A stretch of 64,000 nucleotides of DNA from a virus (lineage: Duplodnaviria > Caudoviricetes). A program made the translations under genes and the position numbers. Below the pieces are notes generated by a model. It did not search any database. It saw only the letters and a program-made list of their open reading frames with translations, and had not been told where the DNA came from. Position 1 is the first letter of the stretch, and every line of letters starts with the position of its first letter. Where the stretch lies: positions 1-64,000 of IMG/VR virus record IMGVR_UViG_3300025121_000014. The stretch is one strand, 5' to 3'. This document shows, piece after piece, positions 58,887 to 64,000 of the stretch.

Positions 58887-59858
58887 TTATAAAATAGAGA
58901 TTTTTGATAATTTATCTTTAATATTTTCATTATACCGGATTCTAATTAATTTAATATCATTATTTTTACAATAATCAGTTTTAATTTTATCATTTATTTT
59001 TAATTTCTTAAATGTTTTTAAACCACCAAAGAATTCTATAGGTTTGAAATGTTGTAATCCATCAAATTCTATACATAAATTATTTTCTGGTAAATAAAAA
59101 TCAAAAGGTAAAACATTTATATTTCTACAATTATTAAATGTTTTTTGAACTTCATACTTTATATTGTTTTTTTCTAATAATAATTTTATTTTTAATTCAC
59201 CTATAGATTTTTGACAATCTGGGCATCCATGATTATTTAAATGTTTTGTTGGTTTTTGTTCAAATTCACCGTGTTCTGGGCATATAATTTTAATTTTAGT
59301 TATAATATTTATGTAATTAACTAACGAATAGTCATATTTAAATCCTTGTTTTTCGTTAGCTTTTTTTATAAACGATTTAGTATCATATTTACCAACTCCA
59401 CCGCAATCAGGACAACCATTACCATTTAAATGTGAATTTGATATTTGTTCAAATATACCATGAATAGGACATATAATTTTAAGTTTGGTATGATTATTTT
59501 TATGTTCTTTTATTAATGAATAATCATATTTATTACCATGAATTTCTTTAGCTTTTTTTATAAATACTTTTTTAGTTAATGCTAATTTACTTGCTTTATA
59601 TTTTATTGCACATTTTGGACAACCTTGACCACCTATATGACATTGTGCTTTTTGTTCAAAACTTCCATGTATAGAACAAATAACAATTATTTTTGTTCTC
59701 ATATTAATATATTTTGTTAAATCATAATTGTATTTATTATTGTGGATCTTAGAACATTTGTAAATAAAATCTATTTCATTTAATCTTTTCATATATTGAA
59801 AATTAATTTTAATATATAAGTATATATTAAAAAATAAAATGTAAATATGTACATCCAA
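58887..59858 (-). CDS. PD-(D/E)xK homing endonuclease with three KYDYS..ICP.HG.F repeats
   Basis: Same family as 42670-43182; real start probably the internal MKRLNE. Confidence 0.75.
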   Translation of the reverse strand: MDVHIYILFFNIYLYIKINFQYMKRLNEIDFIYKCSKIHNNKYNYDLTKYINMRTKIIVICSIHGSFEQKAQCHIGGQGCPKCAIKYKASKLALTKKVFIKKAKEIHGNKYDYSLIKEHKNNHTKLKIICPIHGIFEQISNSHLNGNGCPDCGGVGKYDTKSFIKKANEKQGFKYDYSLVNYINIITKIKIICPEHGEFEQKPTKHLNNHGCPDCQKSIGELKIKLLLEKNNIKYEVQKTFNNCRNINVLPFDFYLPENNLCIEFDGLQHFKPIEFFGGLKTFKKLKINDKIKTDYCKNNDIKLIRIRYNENIKDKLSKISIL

Positions 59859-61565
59859 CCAAACAAAATGTTAAGTAATTCATCAAGAGTAATTAGACCA
59901 TTTAAATGTAGCTTTTTAGCAACAGAAGGACCAAACATTTTAGGAAAAATAGATTTAGCAAATATAAATATTTTATATGAATCTCAAGCAACTGCTAGAA
60001 TGATATTAAATCCACAATCTGTAAATCAACCAATTTTATATGGTAGTTTAGGAAATAATGTTACTTTTATATTATTAAAAATTACTTATGATGAAACTGA
60101 TCCAAAATGTCAAATTGAAGAAGAACAATATATTAGTTATTGGATGGAAGGTGAACCAAATATTATTAGATATGCACATAAATTATTATTATTAACTGGA
60201 AATTCTACAAATAGAGTTCCTCAAATATATTTAAATAACCCTTCTGACTATACTATTTATATAGATGTTCTAATGGCTAATTTAACACAATCTGATATTT
60301 CATTTGAAGATGTTACTAATGAAATTGTTAATATTACTGGACTTTATTTTAGTAATGTTATTTCAGATACATTTTGGAATACTGGAGAAAGTATTAGTGG
60401 TTCTACAATGTTTACAATTACTGATATTACTGATGAAATACAAGTTAGTATACCATATACTGATATTCTTACATATACATTAGATACTACTAATTTTGAT
60501 ATATTAATTACAACTACTGGTAAAACTATAACATTAGATTTCTTATCAGAATTTGAAATGTATCAAGCACATAGTAGAATATTATGGGTACAAGATAATC
60601 CAACAATTAGATATTTAACATCTACTGAACCTACATTGGATTTAATACCACCTGTATTTACTATGAATAGTGGTGCTACACCTACTACTCCTAGTGGAAG
60701 TACTTATGTATTTCCAGTAACTAGGGATGGTAGTGGTAATGTTAATATATCATCATCAACAGTATTATACTGGTTTATCAGTGGAATTACAGATAATAGA
60801 GATGGTATTTTAGCTATATCTGACGCAACAATACAAATAAGAGAATCTGGGTTGGTTTTACCATTAACTGAAATAATTGAAACTGGTACATATGATATAA
60901 TAGTTTATATAAGTGATAACGCAACAAATAAAACATTAGAAAATTATATAATTTTAGTAGATGATATTGGACCAATTATTACATTTACAAGTAAAGGTAG
61001 TGGTGTAACATTTGATATGACTATTCCAGATGATACACAAATACCAGCATCTGGTATAACTATTGATGATATTATTAGAGAAACAATTGATTCAGTATAT
61101 GATGCAGTAGATGGTACAATACCAAATTCTTCTGTTAGTATAATTATATCAGGTGATACAGGTATAACATATGTATTTGAACCTGGTCAATATAGTATAA
61201 ATTATTCTGTTACTGATGCTTCTAATAATACAACAACATATGATAAGACTATGGTAGTAACAGGTTCTATTGTAATAAATAGTGGAGAAACTTATACATT
61301 AGGTATGGCTATTACTGGTACGTCATTTATATTTAATGCACCTAATACTGGTGATACTGCTACTATAATAATAAGTGGAGAAACTAATGTAATTGCATCT
61401 AACTCTGGTGGAAGTTTTGTTTGGGATTTAGGTGGACTATATGAATATACATTTACTACAGAAACTGAATCTACAAGTGTTACAATCCAAGGTTCCGATT
61501 ATACTATTACATATGATGGATCAGGAGTTGATACATTATTATTTACAATTGATAAATTAACATAA
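59847..61565 (+). CDS. Virion structural protein with Ig-like repeats
   Basis: Paralog of 55703; P..T...D..DG...Y...DA..N Ig-like pattern. Confidence 0.6.
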   Translation: MYIQPNKMLSNSSRVIRPFKCSFLATEGPNILGKIDLANINILYESQATARMILNPQSVNQPILYGSLGNNVTFILLKITYDETDPKCQIEEEQYISYWMEGEPNIIRYAHKLLLLTGNSTNRVPQIYLNNPSDYTIYIDVLMANLTQSDISFEDVTNEIVNITGLYFSNVISDTFWNTGESISGSTMFTITDITDEIQVSIPYTDILTYTLDTTNFDILITTTGKTITLDFLSEFEMYQAHSRILWVQDNPTIRYLTSTEPTLDLIPPVFTMNSGATPTTPSGSTYVFPVTRDGSGNVNISSSTVLYWFISGITDNRDGILAISDATIQIRESGLVLPLTEIIETGTYDIIVYISDNATNKTLENYIILVDDIGPIITFTSKGSGVTFDMTIPDDTQIPASGITIDDIIRETIDSVYDAVDGTIPNSSVSIIISGDTGITYVFEPGQYSINYSVTDASNNTTTYDKTMVVTGSIVINSGETYTLGMAITGTSFIFNAPNTGDTATIIISGETNVIASNSGGSFVWDLGGLYEYTFTTETESTSVTIQGSDYTITYDGSGVDTLLFTIDKLT

Positions 61566-61672
61566 AAATAATTTTATTCTTATAAAATGTGTATTTTTTT
61601 AATAAAAGTACACTTTTTTTTATTTTAGACCACATTTATATAATATATAAATAAAAAACAAATTAAAAAATT

Positions 61673-62137
61673 ATGAAAAATAGAAATTTATACGAATATC
61701 TTGAAGCATTAAATTCTGTATCAGAATTAAAAGGGGTGAAATTCGCATTTACTGTTATTAAAAATAAAAAGAAATTGGAAGAGGAATTAAAAAATTTAGA
61801 AGAAGCAATTAAAGCATCAGAAGAATTTACATCATACGAAAATCAAAGAATTCAATTATGTAATGTACATAGTGAAAAAGATGATAATGGACAACCAATT
61901 ATAGAAAATAATAGATTTAAAATAATAGATTTAAATAAATTTGATGAAGAATTAAATTCATTAAAAGCAAATTATTTAGAAATTATTTCAGATAGAGAAA
62001 AACAAATTAATGAATATAATCAGTTATTAAATGAAGATTGTTCTTTAGTTTTATCTAAATTAAATTTTGAAGATTTACCACAAGAAATTACGACACAACA
62101 ATTAGAAACAATTGATTTCATGATTAATTTTGATTAA
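61673..62137 (+). CDS. Helical hypothetical protein in the tail-fibre module
   Basis: KFAFTVIKN...LEEE motif; late promoter and own terminator. Confidence 0.5.
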   Translation: MKNRNLYEYLEALNSVSELKGVKFAFTVIKNKKKLEEELKNLEEAIKASEEFTSYENQRIQLCNVHSEKDDNGQPIIENNRFKIIDLNKFDEELNSLKANYLEIISDREKQINEYNQLLNEDCSLVLSKLNFEDLPQEITTQQLETIDFMINFD

Positions 62138-62160
62138 CACCTATTTTGAAAAAATTTATA

Positions 62161-62194
62161 AAAAAGACTAATTTTAAAATTAGTCTTTTTTTTT
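62161..62194 (+). terminator. Rho-independent terminator
   Basis: AAAAAGACTAATTTT/AAAATTAGTCTTTTT plus T-run. Confidence 0.75.
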
Positions 62195-62246
62195 ATTTTT
62201 TAATTTGTAATTTTTAATATATAAAGAAAAATATATAATAATTACA

Positions 62247-63149
62247 ATGGGTAATTTATCAGCAACCGAACAACAAAAATTATCATATTTTCATGCATTA
62301 AGCAAAAGTTTAACAGAAGCTACGCAAAATGTATATGAAAGTAAATATAAATCATCACATAATGTTTCATTAAATGATGTATGGAATAGTTCTATTAATC
62401 CTGCATTTACTTATACAGATGCTATAACAGAAGCAAGTGCTAATTACGCAGTTACTGCTTTTGTTCAAGTAGAATTAGATATGATTTATGGATCAAATGG
62501 ACAAGCATATACTTATATATCTGGTGGTACATTTAAAGATAATTCTTATCCAGTTGAACAAAGAGGTCAAGTTACAACAGGTGGTAAATTTATTAGACCT
62601 TGGATTTCTCCAGTTGATGTACCAGAAGCATTAACAAATGAACCTAGTTATGGTTTTCAATTAAGATTATTTCAAGGGAATGGTACAGAAATATATCAAA
62701 CACAAGGTGCTTGGACAGTAGATTATTATTCTGGAATAATTCATTTTTCAGAAGGTTATACACCTACTAATATGGGATGGGGTAGTATTAAAGCTACTTT
62801 TTTCCAATATACAGGAAATTATGGTGTATCTGTTTTAAATGATGGAAAATTATCAGGTGCAAATATTGGAATGACAGCAAGAAATACATCAGTAGTAGCA
62901 CCAAAAGCAACTGATATAAAATTATTACAATCTAATGTAACAGGTTCAGCAGTAAATGTTTATGTTAATGGTGTACAAATGTTAATAGGAACAGATTGTT
63001 ATTTTTCAGCAGATGGATTTACAGAGAAAACACCTGGTCAAGAAGCAATAAATGATAGTTTATATTGGAAATATACTGGTTCTATTCCAAATGCAGGATT
63101 TGAATTAACAACTTCTGATAAAATTTCATTTGTTTATATTAATAAATAA
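62247..63149 (+). CDS. Putative virion structural protein
   Basis: S/T/G-rich, WTVDYYSGIIHF; late promoter at about 62215. Confidence 0.55.
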   Translation: MGNLSATEQQKLSYFHALSKSLTEATQNVYESKYKSSHNVSLNDVWNSSINPAFTYTDAITEASANYAVTAFVQVELDMIYGSNGQAYTYISGGTFKDNSYPVEQRGQVTTGGKFIRPWISPVDVPEALTNEPSYGFQLRLFQGNGTEIYQTQGAWTVDYYSGIIHFSEGYTPTNMGWGSIKATFFQYTGNYGVSVLNDGKLSGANIGMTARNTSVVAPKATDIKLLQSNVTGSAVNVYVNGVQMLIGTDCYFSADGFTEKTPGQEAINDSLYWKYTGSIPNAGFELTTSDKISFVYINK

Positions 63150-63206
63150 GAATTGAAATGAAATATTTATATATAATAAAAAAAGACAAAAAATAATTAA
63201 AACAAA

Positions 63207-64000
63207 ATGCCAAAAATTCAAGGAAAACAAATAGCAGATAAAACAATAGATCAAGCAAATATATTATTGACTACACCAACGATAACTGATACGTTATCAG
63301 CAGTAACAGTAGAATATGTAACTACTGCTATATCAGCAGTTACTAGTACAAGTGGTATACTTGGTATACCTACTGACGGTTCATATTCTGATGGTATATT
63401 TACTGATTGGACTAGTGGTACAACAGTTGCTAATATGGCTGATGCTGTTAACGAAATGCTTTTATTATTGGCACCTTCACCTCCTTTAACAAGTTGGGAT
63501 AATGTTTTTAGTAATTTAAATATTGGTGGTACTTTATACGAAAGTATGAAAATAGCTGGTGGAACAACAACAACAACATCTTCTATAACAACAAATACTA
63601 CACCCGATATATCAGTTAGTGTTATTAGTTTAACAGGATCAGCAGCAAGATCAAGAGATGGTGGTATTTTTACTCTAAGTGATACTGTTCATAGTACCAT
63701 AGAAACAGTAACTTTAACAACAAGTTCTGTTACTAAATCTAGTGGATGGATTAGATATACAATAGCTGATCCATATTATGGGATAGCAGGTCAAGCTGGT
63801 TTTTGGACGGGTGTTACCGCATTCAGTTTAACTGATAGTACAAGTGCATTTACACCAAGTGCTACTTTAAGAACACTAACTTTTGCTCATCCTGGTACAG
63901 ATACACCAGAAACAAAAAGTTTTTATGTAGATGAAGTTGCAAGTACAGTAGTAGTAACAACTAATAGTGAAACTATGCCTACTATGTCATCTTATATATC
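63207..64000 (+). CDS. Putative virion structural protein (3' partial)
   Basis: MPKIQGKQI... frame open to the window end; very S/T-rich. Confidence 0.65.
   Translation, partial: MPKIQGKQIADKTIDQANILLTTPTITDTLSAVTVEYVTTAISAVTSTSGILGIPTDGSYSDGIFTDWTSGTTVANMADAVNEMLLLLAPSPPLTSWDNVFSNLNIGGTLYESMKIAGGTTTTTSSITTNTTPDISVSVISLTGSAARSRDGGIFTLSDTVHSTIETVTLTTSSVTKSSGWIRYTIADPYYGIAGQAGFWTGVTAFSLTDSTSAFTPSATLRTLTFAHPGTDTPETKSFYVDEVASTVVVTTNSETMPTMSSYI

Noticed and set aside
58725-58892. Possible ~55-aa GTG-start ORF sharing NDVWN with 62247-63149
   Set aside because: Below confident size, the similarity is only five residues, and there is no other support.
3172-58930. Short antisense or overlapping ORFs in the track (e.g. 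3172, 3919, 7052, 8074, 16435, 16925, 23072, 23260, 24267, 25087, 29887, 32434, 34742, 35622, 37957, 38579, 39297, 39980, 46340, 47482, 51106, 52535, 58745)
   Set aside because: They are shadows of longer, motif-bearing genes or lack supporting signals, with F/L/I-rich composition typical of non-coding frames.
1-64000. Alternative genetic code (TAG or TGA recoding), as in some jumbo phages
   Set aside because: Long genes are intact in the standard code; TAG and TGA act as real stops, and readthrough at 9740 meets a TAA.
1-64000. tRNA, rRNA, diversity-generating retroelement or retron
   Set aside because: No cloverleaf or T-loop context, rRNA-like segment or reverse transcriptase seen; the tail-fibre repeats are not adenine-specific variants.

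Overview
This 64 kb, very AT-rich window comes from a T4-superfamily jumbo phage. It carries a gp19-like tail tube, gp26/gp51-like baseplate genes, a fused SbcD-SbcC nuclease, an amidase endolysin and tail-fibre-like genes. Two TTTG-N19/20-TAnnTTTG promoters, the parS variant and the CRISPR repeat type all point to a Bacteroidota host. The standard genetic code is used. Most notable: (1) a catalytically intact 420-aa Cas12f-like nuclease beside a perfect 10-repeat array (36-nt repeat, 30-nt spacers) whose repeat looks type VI-B-like, with no cas1/cas2 in the window; (2) a minus-strand run of 18 small genes sharing a C-terminal R-x-x-K-[ILV]-x-x-[IL] tag, several of which look like miniature or catalytically dead copies of virion-assembly proteins (prohead protease, sheath, capsid, scaffold), a possible decoy system; (3) two perfect intergenic chromosomal-type parS palindromes; (4) 18 genes with a T4-like capsid-targeting N-terminus, ten of them built from a repeated 'E[NS]IKDLLxxKS' module that also recurs internally in apparent polyproteins; (5) an atypically split intein (27-aa IntN, 118-aa IntC) in the Walker A motif of an AAA+ ATPase. 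Also present: glutamine synthetase II, a patatin, an M16 peptidase, an R-M pair with a frameshifted endonuclease, two TnpB elements and several homing endonucleases. All family assignments come from motif recognition by eye, not from database searches.
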